A stretch of DNA of 64,000 nt from Macrostomum hystrix (taxonomy: Eukaryota > Animalia > Platyhelminthes): positions 27,404,001 to 27,468,000 of the forward strand of contig CATNEN010000001.1 of NCBI GenBank assembly GCA_950097015.1, read 5' to 3'. Numbering within the stretch: the first letter of the stretch is position 1; each line of letters opens with the position of its first letter. Position numbers and translations under genes: made by a program. This document shows positions 45,999-59,120 of this stretch, in pieces. The notes beneath the pieces were generated by a model. It saw nothing but the letters and a program-made list of their open reading frames with translations, had not been told where the DNA came from and did not search any database.

Positions 45999-47311
45999 AT
46001 GGTCAGTGCAAGACGGCACGGAAATGCGAAAATATAAAAACAGCATGCAGCCCTCACAGAATGGGTAATTTGATTAGGAAAAAGCTGCATAAATTATGCT
46101 AAGCAGTAGGAAAAGGAAACAGAATGGCTGGGGCTACAAGTTGCAAAAAATTGCAGCCTAGTGTGGTGAGGCAGACACTGGGTGCCAGACACTGTACAGT
46201 GAAGGCCACCAGTGAAAATAAATCACCAGCAGAAGCCATGGCAGATATTTCCAATATAGGAAGGCCAGTCCAGACTAAAATTCATAATAGCTAGAAGTCC
46301 ATGCAAGGACCTTATTTGGTGCTTCGCGTTAACCAGCAGATTGAAGGTCTGGCTTGTATTTAGCTGGCAGTCAGGGGCGGACAAGACTGATTCAATGCGT
46401 CTTCAGTGTGTGTCCTCTTCTACAAAAGGTTGTAAAGTTTCAAGGCCCAGACAATGGCAGTCCTCTGCAAATGGCCTTATTTATAGGAGCGGAAATTATG
46501 AGAAGGAAACATTCCATAGTTTGAGAAGGGAAGAGCAGGGATGTATATATATGGTCATTGGGGTCCTTATACTCGTAGATGTAGAATGATGAAAATCTAC
46601 TTCTGCCCTGAGTATCTATACATAAATAATAGTAATTATAGTAATAAGAATTGGGTAAGCATTTTCATACCCAGTTTGCACTAAGGCTAAACCTATTATC
46701 TCCCATGGGGGGCAGGGCGGAGGGAGGGTGTGGGCAGGGAGAGAGGGATCGGGAAGACACAGGGTGGTGGAAGGCAGAGTTCAACTGGTTTCAAGTGTTC
46801 ATTGTGCATACTAAACACAGCCGTACGCCTCACTACCAACCCAAGGCAAATGTCGGCTGCACACACACTCGGGCTAGCTGTTCACAATGGACTAAAGCAG
46901 ACCTAACTGGTACTAAGCTACACAGCCAGTACACTCTCACACTCTCTCTAACCCTCTGAAAGCCTTGCGACAGAAATTTTAGTTTCCAACCAACTGTAAA
47001 AGCTGATGACGCATAGATGCAGTGCAGTCTGATCAGCAGGGGGTAAGAGGGTTTAGGAGTGAGTGAAGCCAGCCATCTGTAGCTATAGCTATAGATTCTC
47101 TATTTCCAACTGCATTTCTAGCCAAGCTATGATAAGCCATGAAACTGCAGACTGTAGACTAGGCTAAACATATATCAACCCCGCAAATGTGTGCGTGTGT
47201 GTGTGCCGGTACATGAAGTACTACGAGTATAATATCGCCATAGATACAATGTGCGAGCGTAGATTGTTGAAACACTGAACATTTGAATTGAGCATAGACC
47301 AGCTAAAATTA

Positions 47312-47744
47312 CTGGAAAATCAAGAAATTCGGAGATGATTTCAGTGGAGATTTCGGGGAACTGACAGTTCCTGGAAAATCAGAAAATTCGGAGTTGATTT
47401 CAGTGGAGATTTCGGGGAACAGACCGTTCCTGGAAAATCAGGAAATTCGGAGTTGATTTCAGTGAAGATTTCGGGGAACTGACAGTTCCTGGAAAATCAG
47501 AAAATTCGGAGTTGAATTCAGTGAAGATTTCGGGGAACTGACAGTTCCTGGAAAATCAGGAAATTCGGAGTTGATTTCAGTGAAGATTTCGGGGAACTGA
47601 CAGTTCCTGGAAAATCAGAAAATTCGGAGTTGAATTCAGTGAAGATTTCGGGGAACTGACAGTTCCTGGAAGATCCGGAAATTCTGAGTTGATTTCAGTG
47701 GAGATTTCGGGGAATAGACAGTTCCTGGAAAATCAGGAAATTCG
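47312..47744. repeat. 59-bp minisatellite x~7
   Basis: Unit CTGGAAAATCAGGAAATTCGGAGTTGATTTCAGTGAAGATTTCGGGGAACTGACAGTTC. Confidence 0.93.
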
Positions 47745-48561
47745 AAATATATGTTAAAGAAGATTCGTATATAAAAATATAAATATAAATTATAAATATT
47801 CGAATATAAAAAAGGAGTCTAGAACACTGTCAATGTTTTCAGTGGAGGCACTACAAGAACTTGCTTCATATCCAAACGATTTAGATAAATATGCAATTAA
47901 AAAGCGATCAATTCAGTTTATTATTATTATTTTGTTTTATTATTAAGATTAAACAATGAGTTGCATAGTTGCAGTAATGTTTTGCTATGAAGTCAATCTA
48001 GTAGCAATTAGTTTGTCAGTGAGTGACAGTTACATTAATAATTATGCTGTGAATATTTTGCCTGCACTTATTCAAATCTCAGGCATCTAGTTTGATAGCT
48101 AGTTAAGGCAGCAGAGGAAGCAAAAGCTAAAGCTACTTCTAGAAGAAGCGCACTTACAGAGGCCACGTGTGCAGGTGTGAATGGCGCGCCAGAGTTAAAA
48201 TAAATGACAGATAAAATCAAGTCAGCAAAGTACAATGTCTGACTTGGAGTAAGGCGGTTCAATAGAAAAAGCTGACAGCAGATCCGATTTGCTCCTACGG
48301 GTGGGGACAGAATTGCAGCAATAGGCGATAGAAGAATAAAAATAATAATAAAGACAAGCGATAAGACGGGGCTGCAAGGCACACACCGCTAGCAACCAAG
48401 GCTAGCACTACAGAAGCGATTCGTTGGCCGAGTTTTGTACACAAGTTGAGTAGGAGTGCTGGGCAGCTAAAACTGTTATGTACAAAACAAGCTTCGCTTT
48501 GCTGAACAATCAAAAATTCGTTAGGGATTCGCGCAACCACCGCATCGCAACAAGAATTGGG

Positions 48562-49150
48562 AGATCTTAAATCCCTTAAGTCGTAGATCTTGAAGCCCTA
48601 AAATCCTAGATCTCAAATCCCTAAAATCCTAGATCCTAGATCTAAAATCCCTAAAATCCTAGATCTCAAATCTATCAAATCCTAGATCCTAAATCCCTAA
48701 AATCCTAGATCTTGAAGCCCTCAAATCCTAGATCTTGAATCCCTCAAATCCTAGATCTTGAATCCCTCAAATCCTAGATCCTAAATCCCTAAAATCCTAG
48801 ATCTCAAATCTATCAAATCCTAGATCCTAAATCCCTAAAATCCTAGATCTTGAAGCCCTCAAATCCTAGATCTTGAATCCCTCAAATCCTAGATCTTGAA
48901 TCCCTCAAATCCTAGATCTGAAATCCATCAAATTCTAGAACTCAAATCCTAGATCTTAAATCCCTCAAATCCTAGATCTTAAATCCCTCAAATCCTAGAT
49001 CTTAAATCCCTCAAATCCTAGATCTTGAAGCCCTCAAATCCTAGATCTTAAATCCCTAAAATCCTAGATCTCAAATCCATCAAATTCTAGAACTTAAATC
49101 CCTATAAACCTAGATCTCAATCCCTAAAATTCGAAGTCTCGAAACCTCAA
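48562..49150. repeat. 23-bp minisatellite (TCAAATCCTAGATCTTRAATCCC)n
   Basis: Tandem array. Confidence 0.92.
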
Positions 49151-50048
49151 ATCCCAGTTATCAAATCGCCAAGCCCAAATAACACTAAACTGATCTCCCA
49201 AGTCATTGTTGCCAGAGACAAAATTGCTGCTAAGAAGACGCCAACAGAGAAAAAAGGCAGAAGATTAAATAAACACAATTTTAGTTTAAAAACGCAACTC
49301 GCTAGGCACTGAAAAGTTTGGGTCGACGAACACATCAGGGGAAGTAGAAAAACAAGAAATAGAAAAGGCCTTATTCAGCTTCGATGCACTCGCCATTAAC
49401 TTTAGGGTTATTAAAAACTTGAAGCAGCGAACTGAAATCTCAGTTTCACTACCGAAAGAAACAAACGAGCGCTTGTCCACACGAAATCGGCACAGCATAG
49501 CGGAGTGCTCAGAAAGAAGAACCAACTATTCTCTTCTTTAAAAAACAAGTCTTGGAAAGCAGTCGCAACCAGCAAGAGACAACGCCGAGGCGCGCTCTGT
49601 TATAAACCGAAAAGCGAACGGAACTGGCAACAGTGCAAATTACAGGGCAGGTGAGGAGGCCCAGTTGCACTTTTGAACAATTCCGACAGAAATAGGTGCA
49701 AACAAGCGGCAGGTAAATTCACCAATATTGTTATCTTGCAAAACGTAAAATAATCGAAAACAAGAGAGCATTGCTTGCAGAAGAAAAATAAAAAATTAGG
49801 GTAAAAACTGCAACTCGCGCGCAGGTCTGGGATGTGGGATAAAATGTAGGATTTCCTCCATTGACAATTGTTACGCGGAATCACCTGTTCTAGTTCGACC
49901 CTAATTAAGAAAGCCTAGAAAAATATTAAATAGATAAAAAAGCGACAGAAAACAGGCCACACAGGTGGCACTGCAAAACAGAAAAAGAAGTGAACAAAAA
50001 CAACAGAAATCCTGAAGCCGCAAGTGCCCGCAATCAGTCCACAGTTGC

Positions 50049-50539
50049 TCACGAGTCTTCGTACATGGGCGTGTGTCCGCCCGACATTGAGTGATGCAGA
50101 TGCTGCTGCTGCTGCTGCTGCTGCATGTAGTGCTGGTGATGCTGCTGCATGGGGCTGGCAAAGCCTGAGCTGTGACCAGATCCGTTAGCCTGCCAGGTGC
50201 TGTTAGACTGGGCTGGCAGGGTATAGTAGCCATTGCCTGGATGATACTGCTGCTGCTGCTGCTGCTGCGGATGCTGCTGCTGCATCATGGTGTAATTGCC
50301 TGCTGATGACGTCATCCTCTGCTGCTGCTGGAACTGCGGCTGCTGATGCATGTACTGCTGCTGAGGGTACTGCAGCTGCTGCTGATAATGCTGCTGGTAA
50401 ATCATCTGATGCTGCTGCTGCTGCATAGACATCTGCATTGGCATCTGATGCGGCTGCTGCTGCTGCTGCTGCGGCACAGGCGGCATCGGCAGAGGTGGCG
50501 AGGCTTCTTCAAGAAGATTCTGGATCATGTTAACTCCAG

Positions 50540-50570
<31 letters not shown>

Positions 50571-53500
50571 GTACAGCAGGGCGGCGTACTGTCGGCAGGG
50601 CTCGCTGGCAGCGTGCTGAGCCAGCTCGGCCAGGCGGCTGACAACCACGCCGTGAACAGCCAGGTAGGCGGGCACCTCCGGCTGAGAGCTGAGCTCCCAG
50701 AGCAGGCCGAGGGCAGCACGGGGCAGGGCGTCGGTTTGCACGGGCAGGAACAGCAGCTGGCACAGCAGCTGGCAGCAGTGGTGGGCCAGGAACACGCGGC
50801 TGTCCGGATCGCGGGCCAGCAGCTGAAGGGCGCCGCAGCAGGCCTCGGCCAGCTCGTCGCAGCGGCTGGCGCGGATTCGAGCGGCGGCGGCTTCTGGCGG
50901 GCCGCCGGATGCGACCACCTGGAAGATGAGGAATTGAGCTAAATCGGTCATTACCCTGATCTAACTGCCAAGCGAAATCGTTCATTACCCTGATCTACCT
51001 GCCAAGCTAAATCGGTCATTACCCTGATCTACCTGCCAAGCTAAATCGGTCATTACCCTGATCTACCTGCCAAGCTAAATCGGTCATTACCCTGATCTAC
51101 CTGCCAAGCTAAATCGGTCATTACCCTGATCTACCTGCCAAGCTAAATCGGTCATTACCCTGATCTACCAGCCCAGTTCAAATCGGTCATTACCCTGATC
51201 TACCTGCCCAGTTCAAATCGGTCATTACCCTGATCTACCTGCCCAGTTCAAATCGGTCATTACCCTGATCTACCTGCCCAATTAAATCGGTCATTACTCT
51301 GATCTAACTGCCCAGTTCAAATCGGTCATTACCCTGATCTACCTGCCCAATTAAATCGGTCATTACTCTGATCTAACTGCCCAGTTCAAATCGGTCATTA
51401 CTCTGATCTAACTGCCCAGTTCAAATCGGTCATTACCCTGATCTACCTGCCCAATTGAATCGGTCATTACTCTGATCTAACTGCCCAGTTCAAATCGGTC
51501 ATTACCCTGATCTACCTGCCCAGTTCAAATCGGTCATTACCCTGAAGCCAAAGCAGTGCAGCTCACCTGCATATCCCTGTAGGCAGCCTGAAGCACCTCA
51601 TACAGCTGGGCCACAACGCCCTTCTCGCGCAGATCGGCGCAGTTGCCGGGACAGAGCGCCAGGTTGCGCACCAGGTTGATGATAGCCTTGCGCACAGACA
51701 GGGCGGTGGTGACCTCGAACAGGCGGGACAGAACCGACAGGCCGTCGAAGAAGCGGACGGACTCCTGGGCGCGGCAGGCCTCGTCGTGGCGCACAGTGAG
51801 GTGACGGAGGGCGCACACGCACGGCTCGATGATGTCCTCCTGATCGTTGGACCGCTTGATGGCTTCGATGAGGGCCTTGATGCCGCCGCTGGCGCACACC
51901 TACGAGATTAGGAGATTGACGTGTTGCGAAAGCGAGCTGATTATCCAATGCTTCTCAAATCCCAGGGATATCCATTGTTTCTCAAATCTCAGGGATATCG
52001 ATTGCTTCTCAAATCCCAGGGATATCCAATGCTTCTCAAATCCCAGGGATATCCAATGCTTCTCAAATCCCAGGGATATCCAATGCTTCTCAAATCCCAG
52101 GGATATCCAATGCTTCTCAAATCCCAGGGATATCCACTGCTTCTCAAATCCCAGGGATATCCATTGCTTCTCAAATCCCAGGGATATCCATTGCTTCTCA
52201 AATCCCAGGGATATACATTGCTTCTCAAATCCCAGGGATATCCATTGCTTCTCAAATCCCAGGGATATCCAATGCTTCTCAAATCCCAGGGATATCCAAT
52301 GCTTCTCAAATCCCAGGGATATCCACTGCTTCTCAAATCCCAGGGATATCCATTGCTTCTCAAATCCCAGGGATATCCATTGCTTCTCAAATCCCAGGGA
52401 TATCCATTGCTTCTCAAATCCCAGGGATATCCAATGCTTCTCAAATCCCAGGGATATCCAATGCTTCTCGAACCCCAGGGATATCCAATGCTTCTTATAT
52501 CCCAAGGATATCCAATGTTTCTCGAACCCCAGGGATATCCAATGCTTCTCAAATCCCAGGGATATCTAATGCTTCTCAAATCCCAGGGATATCCAATGCT
52601 TCTCAATATCAGGAAAATATACATTTAAAAATAGGAAAAATCCCTCGTTCTCTAAAAAGGGAATCCCATCTTGTTTTCAAAATAGGGAAATCCCTGTTCC
52701 AGCTCACCTGCTGCTTGCTCTTCTGATTATTGCAGGTCAGATTGGAGAGAATGCCAGCGCTGCAGGACACCACTGTGTGGTCCGAGCAGGCCAGTAGGTT
52801 GATGAGACGCTCAAACAGCGGCCCGGCGATCTCCTGGCTGGTGGCAGCGTCGGACAAGTTGCGCAGGGTCCACAGGCAGTTGTGCAGCAGCCGAGGCGAC
52901 GGGTTCGGGCCGCGTGGCTCATGCGGCGCCCGGGTCAGGTGCTTCGTAAGGGCGTCGATGCCGCCAGCGCGGATGACGGACACCTTGCTCTCCGGGCAGA
53001 CGCTGAGCACCTTGAGCACCCGGGTGGTGGTCCACAGCAGCTTCTCGTAGTTGTAGTTGAGCAGGATATGCACCAGCTCAAGTGGGCCCCCGGAAGCGCA
53101 GATCTCCAGCTTCGTCTGGGGATGCCTGATGCGGGATTTCAGGAGCTCAGAGTTAAAGAATTGCGATGTGGGATCTATGATGGGATTGGAATGTGATTGT
53201 CGGAGTTCGGACAAGGAATGGGATCTTTAAAGTTAGGCAATTGAATGGGATCATTGGAGTTGGGATATGGAATGGGATCTTTGGAGTTTGCACACTGGAA
53301 TGGGATCTTTGGAGTTTGCACACTGGAATGGGATCTTTGGAGTTGGGATATGGAATGGGATCTTTGGAGTTGGGATATGGAATGGGGTCTTTGGAGTTGG
53401 GATATGGAATGGGATCTTTGGAGTGGGGATATGGAATGGGATCTTTGGAGTTGGGATATAGAACGGGATCTTTGGAGTTGGGATATGGAATGGGGTCTTT

Positions 53501-54747
53501 GGAGTTGGGATATGGAATGGGGTCTTTGGAGTTGGGATATGGAATGGGGTCTTTGGAGTTGGGATATGGAATGGGGTCTTTGGAGTTGGGATATGGAATG
53601 GGGTCTTTGGAGTTGGGATATGGAATGGGATCTTTGGAGTTGGGATATGGAATGGGATCTTTGGAGTTGGGATATGGAATGGGGTCTTTGGAGTTGGGAT
53701 ATGGAATGGTATCTTTGGGGTTGACATATGGAATGGTACCTTTGGAGTTGAGATATGGAATGGGATCTTTGGAGTTGGGATATGGAATGGGATCTTTAGA
53801 GTTTGCACACTGGAACGGGATTTTTAGGCCTACCTGAAGGACAGCAGCTGCAGACAGTCGGTGCAGATAGCCAGAAACTTCTGGTTATTCTTCTTCAACA
53901 AGCCGACAATGACGGGGATGCCGCCGCACTCCCTGACCTGCTCCTTGGCGCCGTCCTGATACAGCAGCAGGTTGTGCAGGGTGGTGATGGAGTAGAACTG
54001 GATGACCTCGATGTTACTGGACAGCTGGCGGATGAGGGCGGCCACCCCGCCAGCCTTGAAGATGACAGCCAGGCCGCCCTGGGTCTGCGACATCTGGTGC
54101 AGGGTGCCAGCCAGGTAGCGGGCCGGCTCCGGCGCCGCGGTGTCCAACGAGCGGACCAGAGCCTCCACCATGCCAGGAGTGCCGATGATGATCTCCAAGT
54201 TGGGCTTGCTCTTGGACAGCTGGTTGATCATCATGGACGCCTGGCTGACCACCACGGGATCTTCGTCCTCCAGCAGCGGCACCAGCTCGGGCAGGGCCGA
54301 GGCGGCATCAGCCAGATCCGAGGCCTCGTCGAAGTTGTTGCCGAGGCTGCCAGTGAGGTTGGAGGGCGGGCCACCGATGCACTGGTCCAGCGGGATGGGC
54401 GTGTTGGTGGTGCCGCCGCTGCTGGACAGCGGGGTGCCCGGGCTCAGCATGCCGCTCAGGTCGGACGGCGGGAAGGCGGCGTCGACAACGCTGGCGGCGG
54501 CGCTACCGGCGTGCCCCGGCCTCGGCCAGGGAGCGTCGGTCTCCTCCGGGCCGCCGATGGGCTGGGAGCAGACAGACGGCGCCGAGGTGCCCATGACGGA
54601 GTGTATGCCGGAGTCTGTGAGCAGGTACTGCTGCTGGCCCTGCTGCTGCCACATCCGGGTCTGCTCGTCAGCGCTCTGGATCGGCAGGTTGGCCAGCGGG
54701 TCCAGGTTGTCAATGTCATCTGGATAGTCTTCATAATCGGCTTCCAT
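50049..54747 (-). CDS. CTNNB1: Beta-catenin / armadillo homolog, ~844 aa, 4 coding exons
   Basis: Exons 54747-53834, 53125-52708, 51899-51567 and 50918-50049 join in frame. DSGIHSxxxTxAPS degron; [18 protein letters not shown]; [18 protein letters not shown]; [14 protein letters not shown]; [11 protein letters not shown]; polyQ tail. Confidence 0.95.
50937..51545. repeat. 34-bp intronic minisatellite (AAATCGGTCATTACCCTGATCTACCTGCCAAGCT)n
   Basis: Fills beta-catenin intron 3 almost end to end. Confidence 0.95.
51942..52606. repeat. 27-bp intronic minisatellite (TGCTTCTCAAATCCCAGGGATATCCAW)n
   Basis: Beta-catenin intron 2. Confidence 0.95.
53215..53822. repeat. 27-bp intronic minisatellite (GGAATGGGATCTTTGGAGTTGGGATAT)n
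   Basis: Beta-catenin intron 1. Confidence 0.95.
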
Positions 54748-55293
54748 GACTCAGCGAATATTTGTTAATTCAGAAGAGTTCGAAATCAAGCCAGACAGTT
54801 GAGTAGGGCGGAAGGATCTCCAATGCTTGCCTTGGCTTTCTGTCTCAGGTGGCGAATGCGAATGAGAGCAAATAGTTGGAGCCGGTTGTGATTGCGGTGC
54901 CGCCTGCCAACTAGGGCTGAAAATTATTAATGAGGTCATTTTTAGCAACTGCCTTATTTTAAATTGAAATAATTGAATATCATTTGAAATTTTCTCATGA
55001 GCTTTCACACATATTGGAACAGTTTTGCATCACTTTACCTAGTAAAAAAAACTGCTTTTCACAGGTTTTCAGATCAATATCAAAGTGACAAAAGTTGAGA
55101 AGGAAAAATGCATCACATAGTGTATATGTGCATATACAAAATACAATATATTTAACATAGCCAGGAAAATAAAAAACACAATCACTTTTTATAGCAATTA
55201 GCCAATTCTGTTTGCTATTTTGTCTACTATGTCTACTTAGTCTACTATTATTTTCACTGGTGTTAATACATTGAAAAAAAATTTCTCTAAGTT

Positions 55294-57087
55294 TATCAAA
55301 TACACATAGACATAGATATACACATAGTACACATAGATTATCAAATACACACAGACATAGATATACACATAGTACACATAGATTATCAAATACACATAGT
55401 ACACATAGATTATCAAATACACACAGACATAGATATACACATAGTACACATAGATTATCAAATACACATAGACATAGATATACACATAGTACACATAGAT
55501 TATCAAATACACACAGACATAGATATACACATAGTACACATAGATTATCAAATACACATAGACAGATATACACATAGTACACATAGATTATCAAATACAC
55601 ATAGACATAGATATACACATAGTACACATAGATTATCAAATACACATAGACATAGATATACACATAGTACACATAGATTATCAAATACACATAGACAGAT
55701 ATACACATAGTACACATAGATTATCAAATACACATAGACATAGATATACACATACTACACATAGATTATCAAATACACATAGACATAGATATACACATAG
55801 TACACATAGATTATCAAATACACATAGACATAGATATACACATAGTACACATAGATTATCAAATACACATAGACATAGATATACACATAGTACACATAGA
55901 TTATCAAATACACATAGACAGATATACACATAGTACACATAGATTATCAAATACACATAGACATAGATATACACATAGTACACATAGATTATCAAATACA
56001 CATAGACATAGATATACACATAGTACACATAGATTATCAAATACACACAGGGTACATAGATATACACATAGTACACATAGATTATCAAATACACATAGAC
56101 ATAGATATACACATAGTACACATAGATTATCAAATACACACAGACATAGATATACACATAGTACACATAGATTATCAAATACACACAGACATAGATATAC
56201 ACATAGTACACATAGATTATCAAATACACACAGACATAGATATACACATAGTACACATAGATTATCAAATACACATAGACATAGATATACACATAGTACA
56301 CATAGATTATCAAATACACATAGACATAGATATACACATAGTACACATAGATTATCAAATACACATAGACAGATATACACATAGTACACATAGATTATCA
56401 AATACACATAGACATAGATATACACATAGTACACATAGATTATCAAATACACATAGACATAGATATACACATAGTACACATAGATTATCAAATACACACA
56501 GGGTACATAGATATACACATAGTACACATAGATTATCAAATACACATAGACATAGATATACACATAGTACACATAGATTATCAAATACACACAGACATAG
56601 ATATACACATAGTACACATAGATTATCAAATACACACAGACATAGATATACACATAGTACACATAGATTATCAAATACACACAGACATAGATATACACAT
56701 AGTACACATAGATTATCAAATACACACAGACATAGATATACACATAGTACACATAGATTATCAAATACACACAGACATAGATATACACATAGTACACATA
56801 GATTATCAAATACACACAGACATAGATATACACATAGTACACATAGATTATCAAATACACATAGACAGATATACACATAGTACACATAGATTATCAAATA
56901 CACATAGACATAGATATACACATAGTACACATAGATTATCAAATACACATAGACATAGATATACACATAGTACACATAGATTATCAAATACACATAGACA
57001 TAGATATACACATAGTACACATAGATTATCAAATACACATAGACATAGATATACACATAGTACACATAGATTATCAAATACACATAG
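55294..57087. repeat. 45-bp minisatellite (ATCAAATACACATAGACATAGATATACACATAGTACACATAGATT) x~40
   Basis: 1.8-kb tandem array. Confidence 0.96.
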
Positions 57088-57267
57088 CTAGCACACTCCT
57101 GAGCTCTGTGCAAACCAAAGTAAAGTAGATAATAAGTTGTAGGCATTAATTTCAGTTTGTAAAAACTTTGTATTCCCTGCCACCAATCAATTGCAAAGTT
57201 GATTTAATTGTGCAGCTTTTATTCATGTATGTACCAGTCTCTCTGTTTAGGCGATGTGTGGTTGGTA

Positions 57268-57906
57268 GGGTAATGTATCATCAACCAAACAGTGTATCTT
57301 TAAACCGAACAAGATTTTGACTCCTTCCTTGGTCTCGTGCAAGACAGAAGCAAGCTATTGTGTTTCACAGAACAACTAATTTGAAAGTTGAAGAAATTAT
57401 CTACAAGCTGAGGCATGATGTGCAATGAAGCATTAAGAGGAAAGAAAGATATTGATGTTTCAGTAGAAATTTTTATTGCAAAAGCATACTTTTTAACAAT
57501 ATTTTTTAGTATGTACTTTAGACGAAGATTGTATGTGGTTGCTTGCCAATTAAATGACCATAAATTTAGTTATTTATAGAGCATGAAAAATGCTTTCAAA
57601 TGACATAATTCATGATAGTCAATTTCTTAAAATAAGATTAAACCACTCACTCCAATTTTAAAACCAAACATCAAATTCTCTGTTTGGTTTGAAGATACAT
57701 GAAAATCATTATTTGGTTTTAGATAAAAAGCAATAATAACTTTTTTCTATTTGATAAAATAGCAAAAGCAGATACTTTTTAGAAAGATGTAACTGTTTTC
57801 TATAACTTGGCTTTTGATTTATCATCATGTCTTAAATAGAAAATCTGTAGCTTAGGTTTGAAGTTAAAAAAATACACATTCTTGTTTGGTTGATGATACA
57901 TTACCC
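57268..57906. mobile_element. Tc1/mariner-pogo-like non-autonomous element
   Basis: ~24-bp TIR GGGTAATGTATCATCAACCAAACA with TA on both flanks. Confidence 0.8.
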
Positions 57907-58273
57907 TATGCATTGTGACTAGTGCTATTTAGCCTTGAGCTTTAGCTATTTGGTCAGGTTTATATACATTCTTGTCTGGTTTATTTTTTCTTATACAACA
58001 ATGTGACAGTGTTTACTGTTTGTTTACTATATTAAATATTAATGTTATTTTGAGAGAAATAAATGCAAAGAAGGACAATATTTTTTTGTTTGTGCCAACT
58101 TTTTCCCTGTTCTGCCTTATTATTTCTGTCCAGACATTTAACTATTTGGCTATAAATTCTAAGACACTCACATTGTTAGCTACATATTTCATTATAGCAA
58201 AACATAAGAGACACAAAGACATTACTTTTGTCTAAGTCTCTTATAAACATTCAGGACATGGATGAGATATAAG

Positions 58274-59120
58274 GGCATAATTTACTTTCATTCGCAAAAT
58301 TATTTTCTTCTTTTAAAATGGTGCCAATGATGTGGAATGACGAATGGGAGTTGTCTATGGCCCATAGTAGCCGCATAGAGTTGTTGTGGGCACAAAAATT
58401 CGACTGATTTTTAATGAGCCCTCACTATAGTTTGGATTTTTGAGACTCTTCTGATTTGCAAATGGCTGGATAGCCCCAAGACCATTGTGGATTGTGCCAC
58501 TGAATGAAGTTCTGCTGGCACAGGCAATGACAGAACTAAATATGAATTCAAGGGATCTGATGGCACTGACGGCAAGTACTGACAAGACTATGTGGTGGCT
58601 TGCTCGTCATGGACTATTGGCCAACCAACGGACATGCCCATGTGCCATGCATACACCGATGAATCTGCAGCACCGCAATGAAGAGTGATTCATTGATGGC
58701 TATGCCTGGGACTGTAAAACCTGTCAACACCAGGAGAGCATATGCAAGGGCTCCTTTTTGAGACCAGCCATCTGGACCTACAGCAGCTGATCACATGAGA
58801 CAACTGTAAAGCAAAATTCCAGGCCATGCATGGCACTAGCGATGCCCTCTTTGAATCACACATCCAAGAGTATCTATGGTGGCGCCTTCACCCGGGGCCT
58901 GCAAAGGCTTTTGGCAGCATTCTGTACTGGATTTGTCATTATTACCCAGTTTAGGAATCTGAGACAGTCAGGACTGACTACATTGTACTGAACTGAGCAA
59001 TGCTCAGTGTTATTTAAAAATGATTCCTACCAGTTGTGTTACCAGTTGACATTATCCATTTTGTTCGTTCAACATTTTAAAAGAAGAAAATAATTTCATG
59101 AATGAAAGTAAATTTACGCT
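58274..59120 (+). mobile_element. Merlin (IS1595/ISXO2-like) DNA transposon relic with an internally deleted transposase pseudogene
   Basis: ~47-bp TIRs (..AATTTACTTTCATTC..AAATTATTTTCTTCTTTTAAAATG). TSD GATATAAG / GATGTAAG matches 7/8. Fragments WLARHGLLANQRTCPC..DGYAWDCKTC..SICKGSF and FESHIQEYLWWR..YPV with a stop and deletion. Confidence 0.75.

Noticed and set aside
47312-47744. 59-bp, 33-bp and 34-bp arrays as CRISPR-like
   Set aside because: No unique spacers and no cas genes; eukaryotic context.
53803-54768. Long antisense ORFs over beta-catenin, SOD2, RPS7 and the RT
   Set aside because: Shadow ORFs caused by GC3-rich codon usage on the coding strand.
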